In this document: piece by piece, positions 1 to 8,892 of the stretch
Layout of the letters: each line of letters starts with the position of its first letter
How positions within the stretch are numbered: the stretch's first letter is position 1
The notes under the pieces: model-generated
Seen by the model: only the letters and a program-made list of their open reading frames with translations
The model's database searches: none
What the model was told of the DNA's origin: nothing
Program-made: the position numbers and the translations under genes
From: Nitrospirota bacterium
GTDB taxonomy: Bacteria; Nitrospirota; UBA9217
Reading direction: 5' to 3'
NCBI GenBank assembly: GCA_963796285.1
Contig: CAWCKW010000012.1
Coordinates: 1,632,001-1,696,000, forward strand
DNA: 64,000 nucleotides

Positions 1-615
1 CGACACGGACTTCATCTTCACGAACTGCTCGAGGTTGCCGAAGTCGACCTCAGATTTCATCTCCCTGGCTGCGGCGGTCACGGACGATCGGAACCCGTAG
101 AACTCCGTGATGATCTTGACAAGGTCGGTTTTCGGAGTGACGACGCGCTTGACCTTATACCCCATCCGCTCGATGTTCTCAACAACTTCTATATTGTAGG
201 GGTCTGCCACGGCGAGGGTGAGGGTATCGTCCTCCCGTTCGATCGGGACGGAGATGCTTCGCCGCGCAAAGGCCCGCGAGAGGATTTGCGTGACGATCTC
301 CGGATTCAGCTTGAGGGGATCGATCTTTTTAAACGGCAATCCTGCATGTTTCGCCACAACCTCGGTAATGATGTCTTCCGTCAAAATCTGGCCCGGCGCA
401 CCCGGCATTTCTAAATTAAGTGATGCTGCTACTTCGATGGACGAAACCTCGTCCTCGAGGTGCACCCTGCCCCGATGCACGGACTCTTCACGTGCCTTAA
501 ATATCTTCATCCGCTGGACATCCTGCTTTAACTTGATCTCGCGGGCCTGTTCAGGGCTCAATTTCCCCGCTGTGATAAGGATCTCGCTCAGCAGACCGGT
601 CGTAAGTTTTGTCAT
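1..615 (-). CDS. GspE/PilB-family secretion/type IV pilus ATPase, N-terminal part (runs off window)
   Basis: Manual translation from ATG at 615: MTKLTTGLLSEILITAGKLSPEQ...KIDPLKLNPEIVT...LTLAVADPYN...IITEFYGFRSSV...NLEQFVKM, typical of the GspE/PilB N-domain; not in the ORF track. Confidence 0.8.
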   Translation of the reverse strand, partial: MTKLTTGLLSEILITAGKLSPEQAREIKLKQDVQRMKIFKAREESVHRGRVHLEDEVSSIEVAASLNLEMPGAPGQILTEDIITEVVAKHAGLPFKKIDPLKLNPEIVTQILSRAFARRSISVPIEREDDTLTLAVADPYNIEVVENIERMGYKVKRVVTPKTDLVKIITEFYGFRSSVTAAAREMKSEVDFGNLEQFVKMKSVS

Positions 616-647
616 AGTGGTCCCGTCCAGCGGTGCATTTTCAAAAT

Positions 648-674
648 ATAAAAGGCCCCCGCAGAAGGGGGGCC
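648..674 (-). terminator. Intrinsic terminator after small lipoprotein gene
   Basis: Minus strand GGCCCCC-CTTCTGC-GGGGGCC followed by TTTTATATTTT. Confidence 0.65.
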
Positions 675-708
675 GTGCTTACAATACAAGGAATGAGCGC
701 ATGATATG

Positions 709-891
709 CTATTTCTTCGCCGGTTTTGCAGGCACCGGTGCCGGCGCAGGCGCAGGCTCCGGAGCAGGCGGCGTCACAGCAGGCTGTGCAGCAGGCGTAG
801 GCGGCGAATATTCCTTTTTTTTCTCACAACCGAAAAAAGCAACGGTGGAAACAATACACAGCACCAGAATAAAAACGGAGTACTTTTTCAC
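709..891 (-). CDS. Small Pro/Ala-rich lipoprotein
   Basis: AAGGAGG RBS before GTG at 891; signal peptide with lipobox FFGC; PAPAP-rich tail. Confidence 0.7.
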   Translation of the reverse strand: MKKYSVFILVLCIVSTVAFFGCEKKKEYSPPTPAAQPAVTPPAPEPAPAPAPVPAKPAKK

Positions 892-968
892 AAAGCTATA
901 CCTCCTTAATGAGTTTTGACCGCACCGCATCACGCGGAGGCGGATACTGAACGCAGGTTGTCGGGCAC

Positions 969-1196
969 TTAAAGGATTCGTGTAGCAACCGAGCGCGTTA
1001 CCGTAAGCTCCCGTACTTTCTGTCCAAGTTTCTCTTCCAGGAGCACCTGCTGCTCTTCGTTGAGACTGAGCCTGAAGACCCGCAGCTTATTCAGGGAACG
1101 CTTGGAAAGGTAGATCTCCTGAAGCTCAAATCCGATTTGTTTTTTAATTTCAGCGCGCTGCTGTGGCGTCAATTCCAATACGACGGTTTCTTCCAT
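969..1196 (-). CDS. Small hypothetical protein with internal duplication
   Basis: 75 aa ORF with GGAGG RBS; two LxLx2-3QQ..K.G..(L/V).E units. Confidence 0.6.
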   Translation of the reverse strand: MEETVVLELTPQQRAEIKKQIGFELQEIYLSKRSLNKLRVFRLSLNEEQQVLLEEKLGQKVRELTVTRSVATRIL

Positions 1197-1377
1197 CGAG
1201 TGAACCCTCCATCAAATTTGATTATAGGCACTTTGATACGGAAATTCAAGTCTTTTTTGATGACGTTGCTTACCATCGCAGCCAAACAGCTATTGTGACA
1301 AACAGTGTACAAAGGACCGGGCAAACAATGCCGGGGAATATGTGCAACCTCGAGACAGCGTACGCAGTGCCTGGTCC

Positions 1378-3069
1378 TTACATTTCCAATACAAGTTTTT
1401 TTGCTATCTTATCGACAGCGTCCTCCATCTTCACCTTCTCTACCTGCCCGGTCTTCCTCTCTTTCAGTTCTACAAGCCCCTCCTTGAGGTTCTTCTCGCC
1501 GATGATGATACGATAGGGGATGCCGATAAGGTCCGCGTCCTTGAACTTGACCCCGGCTCGTTCATCACGATCGTCCATCAGGACCTCGAAGCCCTTTTCT
1601 TCCAAAGCCGCGTAGAGCTCTTCGGCAACATCCATGGTCCTTGCGTCTTTCACATTCACCGGAATGATAAGGAGGTGGTACGGCGCGATCGCAGACGGCC
1701 AGATGATGCCGTTCTCATCGTTGCCCTGTTCGACGGCCGCGGCCGCGATGCGCGCCGGGCCTATTCCGTAGCTGCCCATGACGACCGGTTTCTCGGAACC
1801 GCTCTCATCCAGATAGTTCGCCTTAAGCGGCACCGAGTACCTGGTTCCCAGTTTAAAGATGTTTCCGATCTCGATCACCCGTTCGACGCGGAGGGGCTTG
1901 CCGCAGGTCACGCACGAATCCCCTGCCGCGGCAGTATGGATATCAGAGAATTCAGCGTCGTTAAAATGTTTATCAGCCGATATTCCTTTTACATGAAATC
2001 CTTCCTTGTTCGCTCCTGCCACGTACACACCCTGCTTCAGCGAGGGATCAGCGATCTTTCTGATTTTGTGGCCCATGGGACCGATGAACCCCCCGGGGAT
2101 GCCGAGAGCCGCCTTCACCTCTTCCTTCTGCGCCGGACGGTGAGCGCCTATAAGCTTTGCCAGTTTCTTTTCATGCAGGGTCTGGTCCCCGCGCACCAGA
2201 GCCAGCACCGGCCCAGCGTCGCTCATCACCAGAATGGATTTTACCAGGAGGTCGGGCGTGACTTTCAGGAACCGAGTCACTTCATCGATGGTACGACGCT
2301 GGGGTGTGGCCACCTCTTCGTATGTCCAGTCAGGATAGTTCGGGGTTTTTGGCAATGACTCCGCAAGCTCCACATTGGCTGCGTATCCGCAGCCGTCGCA
2401 GAGAGCGACATCGTCCTCGCCGGCAGGAGACGGCGCCATGAACTCGTGGGCACCGGTGCCTCCCATCATGCCTATGTCGCTCTGAACAACGTAAAATTTA
2501 ATCCCGCAGCGGTTGTAGATCTTTTTATACGCGTCAAGATGGATATCGTAGGACTTGTCGAGCCCCGCCTCGTCGCGATCAAAGCTGTATGAATCCTTCA
2601 TCACGAACTCGCGCGTACGCAGGATCCCGCTCTTGGGCCGCGCCTCATCGCGAAGTTTGGTCTGGAGCTGATACCAGATCTGCGGCAGGTCGCGGTAGGA
2701 GCGCAGGTCGTGCGCCGCCAGCCAGGTCATGACCTCTTCGTGCGTCATGGCCAGGCACATATCGCGGCCCCCCCGGTCTTTCAGCCGGAACATCTCGTCG
2801 CCGATCGCGTCCCACCGGCCGGTCTGCTGCCACACCTCGGCCGGGTGCAGCACCGGCATGGTCACTTCCTGGCCGCCGATCGCGTTCATCTCCTCGCGGA
2901 TGATGCGGTCGATCTTGTCCATCACTCTCCGGCCGAGCGGAAGGTAGATGTAGAGCCCGGCCGCAAGCTGGCGCACGAACCCGCCGCGCACCATGAGCTT
3001 GTGCGAGACCGCCTCGGCCTCGGCGGGAGCCTCTTTCAACGTTGGAATGAACAAACGGGAATAACGCAT
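1378..3069 (-). CDS. proS: Proline--tRNA ligase
   Basis: MRYSRLFIPTLKEAPAEAE, QTKLRDEARP, REFVMKDSYSF, MGSYGIG, GVKFKDADLIG. Confidence 0.98.
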   Translation of the reverse strand: MRYSRLFIPTLKEAPAEAEAVSHKLMVRGGFVRQLAAGLYIYLPLGRRVMDKIDRIIREEMNAIGGQEVTMPVLHPAEVWQQTGRWDAIGDEMFRLKDRGGRDMCLAMTHEEVMTWLAAHDLRSYRDLPQIWYQLQTKLRDEARPKSGILRTREFVMKDSYSFDRDEAGLDKSYDIHLDAYKKIYNRCGIKFYVVQSDIGMMGGTGAHEFMAPSPAGEDDVALCDGCGYAANVELAESLPKTPNYPDWTYEEVATPQRRTIDEVTRFLKVTPDLLVKSILVMSDAGPVLALVRGDQTLHEKKLAKLIGAHRPAQKEEVKAALGIPGGFIGPMGHKIRKIADPSLKQGVYVAGANKEGFHVKGISADKHFNDAEFSDIHTAAAGDSCVTCGKPLRVERVIEIGNIFKLGTRYSVPLKANYLDESGSEKPVVMGSYGIGPARIAAAAVEQGNDENGIIWPSAIAPYHLLIIPVNVKDARTMDVAEELYAALEEKGFEVLMDDRDERAGVKFKDADLIGIPYRIIIGEKNLKEGLVELKERKTGQVEKVKMEDAVDKIAKKLVLEM

Positions 3070-3084
3070 GGAACCTCCACAAAG

Positions 3085-3166
3085 CAGGAGACAGGAGTCA
3101 GAATCCAGGAGTCAGGAGAAAAGTTCGGCTTTCTCTCTCCTGGCTACTGGCTACTGGTTCCTGACT
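3085..3166. repeat. 7-bp-period inverted repeat element
   Basis: Left arm CAGGAGA CAGGAGT CAGAATC CAGGAGT CAGGAGA; right arm TCTCCTG GCTACTG GCTACTG GTTCCTG; overlaps the ispG 3' end. Confidence 0.8.
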
Positions 3167-4235
3167 TCATCTTATTAACTATTTTCTCCACCTCACCTAC
3201 CAGCACATCCGCAAGCTCTGCCTCGGATAATTTCGCGACGATCTCGCCATGCTTGAAGAGCAGTCCTACGCCCTTGCCGCCGGCGATCCCGATGTGCGCC
3301 TCGCGCGCCTCGCCGGGCCCGTTCACCACGCAGCCCATGACGGCGACCGTGATCGGTTCCTTGATATGCGCAAGCCTTTTTTCGACTTCCTGGGCCAGGC
3401 CGATGATGTTGATCTCGGTCCTGCCGCAGGTGGGGCAGGAAATGATGTTCACCCCGCGCTGCCGGACCTTGAGCGACTTCAATATCTCGTAGGCCGCACG
3501 CACTTCCTCCACCGGGTCCGCGGTGAGCGAAACACGCATGGTGTCGCCGATGCCCTCGGCCAGCAGGATGCCGAGACCGACGCTCGACTTGATCGTGCCG
3601 GAAAAGAGCGTGCCTGCCTCCGATATGCCGATGTGCAGGGGATACTCTGATTTCTCGGAGAACAGCCGATAGGACGCGACCGTGGTCATCACATCAGAGG
3701 CCTTCAGCGAGACCTTGAGATTTGTGAAGTTCAGGTCCTCAAGGATGCGGATGTGACCGAAGGCGCTCTCCACAATCGCCTCCGGGGTGGGGTGGCCGTA
3801 TGTTTCGAGCAGATGCTTTTCGAGCGAACCCGCGTTCACACCGATGCGGATCGGGATGCCCTTGTCCCTGCATGCCCGCACGACCTCGGCGACCTTGTCC
3901 TTGCCGCCGATGTTTCCGGGATTGATCCGGAGCCCGTCCACGCCCTGCCTTACTGCCTCGAGCGCCAACCGGTGGTCAAAGTGAATGTCGGCGATGAGCG
4001 GCATGCTCGTGCCTTTTCTGATCGCGCCGAGCGCTCTCGCGGCTGCCTCATCCGGCACCGCAAGCCGCACGATCTCGCACCCGGCCTGTTCCAGGTGGCT
4101 GATCTGATCGAGCGTCCTCGCCGCGTCCCGCGTGTCCGTGTTGCACATGGACTGGACAGAGATCGGCGCGCCTCCGCCGATCGTGACGGAAGCGAGGGTG
4201 ATCTGTTTAGTTTTTTTTCTAATAATATGTTTCAC
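3144..4235 (-). CDS. ispG: 4-hydroxy-3-methylbut-2-en-1-yl diphosphate synthase
   Basis: ISVQSM, ADIHF, RINPGN, RIGVNAGSL, SCPTCGR, MGCVVNGPGE; start (GTG) estimated. Confidence 0.97.
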   Translation of the reverse strand: MKHIIRKKTKQITLASVTIGGGAPISVQSMCNTDTRDAARTLDQISHLEQAGCEIVRLAVPDEAAARALGAIRKGTSMPLIADIHFDHRLALEAVRQGVDGLRINPGNIGGKDKVAEVVRACRDKGIPIRIGVNAGSLEKHLLETYGHPTPEAIVESAFGHIRILEDLNFTNLKVSLKASDVMTTVASYRLFSEKSEYPLHIGISEAGTLFSGTIKSSVGLGILLAEGIGDTMRVSLTADPVEEVRAAYEILKSLKVRQRGVNIISCPTCGRTEINIIGLAQEVEKRLAHIKEPITVAVMGCVVNGPGEAREAHIGIAGGKGVGLLFKHGEIVAKLSEAELADVLVGEVEKIVNKMKSGTSSQ

Positions 4236-4267
4236 GATTAACGGATACCTAATAAGCAAAAGGATTT

Positions 4268-4343
4268 ACCGTGAAGACGCCAAGAGCGCAAGGAACCCTT
4301 AACGTCAGCCAGTAAACCTTCGCGTCCTTCGCGTCCTCGCGGT
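4268..4343. repeat. ~9-bp-period inverted repeat element
   Basis: ACCGTGAAGACGCCAAGAGCGCAAGG ... CCTTCGCGT CCTTCGCGT CCTCGCGGT. Confidence 0.8.
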
Positions 4344-4358
4344 TCAAGGTTTACTGCA

Positions 4359-5642
4359 TTACTTGCTGAAAAACATCCTCATGACATCGTTATACGACAC
4401 GACGGCGATCAGCGTGATCAACAGCCCGGCGCCGATGCTCTGGGAAACCTCCATCACCTTCCTGCTGAGCGGCTTTTTGCGGATCGCCTCGATCACGAGG
4501 AACAGGATCATTCCTCCGTCAAGCACCGGAATAGGCAGCAGGTTCAGGACGCCGAGCGAGATGCTGATCATGGCGAGAAGCGACAGGAAAGCCGACAATC
4601 CGGCGGCAGCCGCCTGGCCCGACATCTGCGCGATCATCACCGGCCCGCCGAGCGTCTTGATCGAGAGGTCGAAGGTAATAAGCTTCTTGAGCGTGATGAA
4701 CGTCAGGTCGACGGATTCGATGGTTTTGTCGAAGCCCAGTCGCAGGGATTCGAAAAATCCGTATTTCTTGAATACCAGCCGCATGACCGGCTCAACGCCG
4801 ATGACCTGCCTGCCGCCGTCCTCTCTTGGGGTAACGATCTTCTCCATGCGCTTGCCGTTCCGCTCGAGCGTTAGCGTGAGCTTGCTCCCCTTGCTGTCGC
4901 GCACCAGCGTGGAGAACTGGATCCAGTGATAGATCGTCTTCCCGTCAACGGCGATGATCTTGTCGTTCACCATGACCCCGGCCTGCTCGGCGGGGAACCC
5001 CGGCTTCAGCTTCCCGATCTCCGCCGGCATGTCGGGGACCAGACCGGACGTTCCGATCTTGAGTTCTGTCGCCAAATCAGGACGGAGCGTCAAGGCCTTT
5101 TTTTCACCTTGCCGCTCGATAATTACCGTCACGTCGGTATCGGGGTTCACCGCGATCAGGGTCAGCGCCCTGGTCCAGTCGCTGATGCTCCTGCCATTGA
5201 TCTTCTCGATCACATCGCCCGCCACGAAGCCGGCCCGCTCGGCAGGCGAACCTTTTTCCACGTAGCCGACCTTGGCCGGGCCTTCACTGTACGTCCCGAC
5301 TATGAAGACGAGCGGCATGATGATGAAAGCCAATACGATGTTCGTGAGCGGTCCCGTGGCCGCGATCTTGGCGCGTTGCCACACGGTCTTGGACTGGAAC
5401 TCGTCCGGAGCGCCCGTCGGTTCCTCATCCGGGTTCTCTCCCGCCATCTTCACGTACCCTCCGAGCGGAAGCGCGGAAAGGACATACTCCGTATCACCCT
5501 TCTTGAAGCCGAAAAGTTTTGGCCCCATGCCGAGCGAGAACTTCTCGACCCGCACGCCTGCCCGCTTTGCCATGATAAAGTGCCCAAACTCGTGCACGAA
5601 CACGAGGATCCCGATCACGATCAGAAAATAGACGAATGTCAT
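4359..5642 (-). CDS. rseP: RIP metalloprotease RseP (M50, two PDZ domains)
   Basis: HEFGH and NLLPIPVLDGG motifs; position between dxr and ispG; GGAGGAG RBS before ATG 5642. Confidence 0.95.
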   Translation of the reverse strand: MTFVYFLIVIGILVFVHEFGHFIMAKRAGVRVEKFSLGMGPKLFGFKKGDTEYVLSALPLGGYVKMAGENPDEEPTGAPDEFQSKTVWQRAKIAATGPLTNIVLAFIIMPLVFIVGTYSEGPAKVGYVEKGSPAERAGFVAGDVIEKINGRSISDWTRALTLIAVNPDTDVTVIIERQGEKKALTLRPDLATELKIGTSGLVPDMPAEIGKLKPGFPAEQAGVMVNDKIIAVDGKTIYHWIQFSTLVRDSKGSKLTLTLERNGKRMEKIVTPREDGGRQVIGVEPVMRLVFKKYGFFESLRLGFDKTIESVDLTFITLKKLITFDLSIKTLGGPVMIAQMSGQAAAAGLSAFLSLLAMISISLGVLNLLPIPVLDGGMILFLVIEAIRKKPLSRKVMEVSQSIGAGLLITLIAVVSYNDVMRMFFSK

Positions 5643-5698
5643 TGCTCCTCCTTGAAAAAAGCAAACCAAATATGATGAACACGCAACAAGTAAAATTT

Positions 5699-5762
5699 CA
5701 CCGCTGAGACGCAGAGAAAAGCCTTACTCTTTTCAATATGCATTTCTCCGCTTCTCGGCGGT
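5699..5762. repeat. ~9-bp-period inverted repeat element (CACCGCWGAGACG subfamily)
   Basis: CACCGCTGAGACGCAGAG ... TTCTCCGCTTCTCGGCGGT; spacer is the reverse complement of those at 15434 and 46956. Confidence 0.75.
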
Positions 5763-5807
5763 ATTATGACTTTTTACGACTTACAATCAGCTATTCGCAA
5801 AAGTTCC

Positions 5808-6971
5808 TCATCTCTTGACCCCTGCCCCGATCACCTTTTCCGCTTCATGCCGTGCCCAGAGGTCTGCCTTGAGCGCGTCCTCCACGGTACGAATGTCCGA
5901 CGGGGTATGGGCGTCCATTGTGGACCTGATCACGCGGGCGATGTCCGTATACCCGATCTTCTCCTCCAGAAAATATTTTACCGCCACCTCGTTCGCGGCC
6001 GAGAGCACCGCCGGCATGCTGCCTCCTGCTCTCAATGCATCAAAGGCATAAGCCAGACAGGGAAATCGGTCCATGTCCGGCTCCTCGAAGGTGAGCGTGC
6101 CCATCTTTGCGAGGTCGAGCGCCGGGGAGACACCCGAAAGCCGCTCGGGATACGAAAGCGCGTAGGCGATCGGCCCCCTCATGTCAGGCATGCCGAGCTG
6201 CGCAACGACCGCGCCGTCGTGATATTCCACCATGGAATGGACAATGCTCTGGGGATGGACCAGCACCTTGATCTTTTCTGGAGCGATATCGAAGAGCCAT
6301 CTCGCCTCGATCACTTCGAGCCCCTTGTTCATGAGCGTGGCGGAATCGATCGTGATCTTCCTGCCCATGCTCCAGTTCGGGTGTTTGAGGGCCTGCGCCA
6401 GCGTCACCTTCCCAAGGTCCTTCTTTGAATGGGAACGGAACGGGCCTCCGGATGCGGTCAAGACCAGTTTTCTAATGTCCGTGTTCGCACCGGCGAGCAG
6501 ACACTGAAAAATGGCGCTGTGTTCGCTGTCCACCGGCAGGATACGGATCCCTTTTGCCCGGCACTCGGCCATGACCAGCTCTCCTGCGGTCACCAGCACT
6601 TCCTTGTTCGCGAGCGCGATGTCCTTGCCGGCACGGATGGCAGCCATGGTAGGCACGAGTCCTGCTGTCCCCACGATCGCCGACACCGTGATGTCCGCCT
6701 CATCCGCGGCCGCCACCTGGATCATTCCTTCGACGCCGAAGAGGATGCGCACACTGAGATCACTGCACCGCTTTTTCAGGTCCCCTGCAGAACGCTCGCT
6801 CACCACGGACACGATCGACGGCCTGAATTTCCGGACCTGCTGCTCGAGCAGTTCGACATTGTTCCCCGCCGCAAGCGCGACCACGGTGAAACGCTCCTGG
6901 AATTTTTCAACCACCGAAAGCGTTGACTGCCCGATCGAACCGGTGGAACCTAATAGGGATATTTTTTTCAT
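5808..6971 (-). CDS. dxr: 1-deoxy-D-xylulose-5-phosphate reductoisomerase
   Basis: LLGSTGSIG, LANKE, LPVDSEHSAIFQ, HPNWSMGRKITIDSAT. Confidence 0.98.
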   Translation of the reverse strand: MKKISLLGSTGSIGQSTLSVVEKFQERFTVVALAAGNNVELLEQQVRKFRPSIVSVVSERSAGDLKKRCSDLSVRILFGVEGMIQVAAADEADITVSAIVGTAGLVPTMAAIRAGKDIALANKEVLVTAGELVMAECRAKGIRILPVDSEHSAIFQCLLAGANTDIRKLVLTASGGPFRSHSKKDLGKVTLAQALKHPNWSMGRKITIDSATLMNKGLEVIEARWLFDIAPEKIKVLVHPQSIVHSMVEYHDGAVVAQLGMPDMRGPIAYALSYPERLSGVSPALDLAKMGTLTFEEPDMDRFPCLAYAFDALRAGGSMPAVLSAANEVAVKYFLEEKIGYTDIARVIRSTMDAHTPSDIRTVEDALKADLWARHEAEKVIGAGVKR

Positions 6972-6976
6972 AAGAA

Positions 6977-7060
6977 GTCAGGAGCCGGAAGTCAGGGGTC
7001 AGAAGAAAAACGACGTCTCAGGCCGTTCTTCTGGATTCTGGCTCCTGGCCACTGTATTCC
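6977..7060. repeat. 7-bp-period inverted repeat element
   Basis: CAGGAGC CGGAAGT CAGGGGT CAGAAGA ... TCTTCTG GATTCTG GCTCCTG GCCACTG. Confidence 0.8.
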
Positions 7061-7064
7061 TCTC

Positions 7065-7865
7065 TCATCTCATCCTGAGATAATAATACAGCACCGGCGC
7101 GGCGAACAACATGCTGTCCATGCGATCGAGAATACCGCCGTGACCGGGGATGATTGTTCCTGAATCCTTGACCCCTGCCGCGCGTTTGAACAGAGACTCG
7201 ACGAGGTCGCCGACCGTCCCGACAACCGCCAGCATGAGGGCGATCGCGATCGCTTCTCCTGCTCCGATGGGCGGCATGAACCAGACCCGGCACAGAAGTG
7301 CCATGGCCGCGGACGCAACGAGCGCGCCAAGAAGTCCCTCAATACTTTTCTTCGGGCTGACCTTCTCATACAGCCGATGTTTCCCAAAGGGGATGCCGAT
7401 CGAATAGGCGCCGATGTCCGATGCCCAGATGATGAAATAGAGGAACACCAGCCATTGTTTCCCATCCTCGCCCGCACGGACCCCGACCTGGTACGCAAAC
7501 AGCATGGCCACATAGAACACGCCGAGAAACGTGGAAGCTGCATCTTCGATCGCGCCGTCAACAGGCCGTGGAGAAAAAAGCCGTGCGATCATGATCAGGA
7601 GCGCGCTGGCAGCGACGGGAAGGAACGTACCCAATGCCGGGACCAGCGGGTGATAGAACTCAAGGACCATTAGCGCGCCGACCGCGATCCCGAGCACCTG
7701 GAGGGGATGCGATCCCCGTGCCTGCGCCATGCTATAAAATTCATATTGTCCCACGGCCACGGCTGCCAGCACAAGGGCCATGAAATAAACCGGCGGAAGC
7801 ACCCAGGCGACCAGGTAGAAGATGGGCAGGAATAAAAGCCCTGAAATCACTCTTTTATACAGCAT
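7065..7865 (-). CDS. cdsA: Phosphatidate cytidylyltransferase
   Basis: SPKKSIEG, GDLVESLFKR, KDSGTIIPGHGGILDRMDS. Confidence 0.96.
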   Translation of the reverse strand: MLYKRVISGLLFLPIFYLVAWVLPPVYFMALVLAAVAVGQYEFYSMAQARGSHPLQVLGIAVGALMVLEFYHPLVPALGTFLPVAASALLIMIARLFSPRPVDGAIEDAASTFLGVFYVAMLFAYQVGVRAGEDGKQWLVFLYFIIWASDIGAYSIGIPFGKHRLYEKVSPKKSIEGLLGALVASAAMALLCRVWFMPPIGAGEAIAIALMLAVVGTVGDLVESLFKRAAGVKDSGTIIPGHGGILDRMDSMLFAAPVLYYYLRMR

Positions 7866-8070
7866 ATGGTGGCTCCACAGTTTGCGTGTTTCATCGGGTC
7901 AAGCCAAAATCTCGGCATTTATTTACGAGATGAACAGGAGAATACATCGCAACTCTGCATCTTAACCCCGGTGATCAAGTTACGCCTGTCAAAATAGTGC
8001 TCTTTGTGGTTTCACTTCTTCTTCATGCGGGAAGAGTATCATTCAACCGCGCAACGCCGAAATATCTCCG

Positions 8071-8847
8071 TCACTTCCGCACAAGCTGGTCCTGAGTCAG
8101 GCCGAACCGGCGCTGACGCCCCTGGTAATCGAGAAGAGCCGCCAGGAGATCCTGCTCTGTGAAATCGGGCCAGAGCGTATCGGTGAAATGGAGCTCGGCG
8201 TAGGCAGCCTGCCAGAGAAGAAAGTTGCTGATGCGCTTCTCGCCGCTCGTGCGAATGATCAGGTCCGGGTCAGGCAGCCCCGCGGTATCGAGGAATGCGG
8301 AAAAGGTCTCTTCCGTGACATCGGCTGCCGCGTTGTTCGTTGAACGCATGCGTTTGATCGCTTCCAGGATCTCGCCGCGCCCGCCATAGGACAGCGCCAG
8401 GTTCAATACCATGCCGGTGTTCCCGGCTGTCTCGGACACGGCCCGTTCGATCCACTTCCGCGCCGACGCCGGGAGCCGTTCAGTCCTGCCGATGGTGCGG
8501 AACCGGATGCCGTTCTCTTTCATGGTCGATATCTCGGCCTTGAGAAAGGTCCCCAACAGGTCCATGAGAAAGCCCACCTCTTCCTTGGGTCTGCCCCAGT
8601 TCTCGTCAGAGAACGCATAGAGGGTCAACACCTGGACACCATACTGCCGGCACTGTTCTGTAACGCGGCGCACTGTTTCCACGCCTCTCTTGTGTCCGGC
8701 GATGCGCGGCAGGCCCATGCGCTGCGCCCACCTGCCATTGCCGTCCATGATGATGGCGACATGTTTCGGCAGGCAGTTCCTGTCCACCTCGGCGCGAAGC
8801 TTCTCAAGGTCCTGGTTTTTTCTTTTCATTCGTTTGTGGCTCTCCAT
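8071..8847 (-). CDS. uppS: Undecaprenyl diphosphate synthase
   Basis: HVAIIMDGNGRWA, YAFSDENWGRP, DLIIRTSGEKRISNFLLWQ. Confidence 0.97.
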   Translation of the reverse strand: MESHKRMKRKNQDLEKLRAEVDRNCLPKHVAIIMDGNGRWAQRMGLPRIAGHKRGVETVRRVTEQCRQYGVQVLTLYAFSDENWGRPKEEVGFLMDLLGTFLKAEISTMKENGIRFRTIGRTERLPASARKWIERAVSETAGNTGMVLNLALSYGGRGEILEAIKRMRSTNNAAADVTEETFSAFLDTAGLPDPDLIIRTSGEKRISNFLLWQAAYAELHFTDTLWPDFTEQDLLAALLDYQGRQRRFGLTQDQLVRK

Positions 8848-8892
8848 TCAGAACCGATGCGGCATGCATACAGCCCGCATTCAACGTTTTTA

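Noticed and set aside
218-919. 233-aa + strand ORF, and the many other long antisense ORFs in the track
   Set aside because: Shadows of recognisable minus-strand genes in GC-rich DNA, with no motifs of their own
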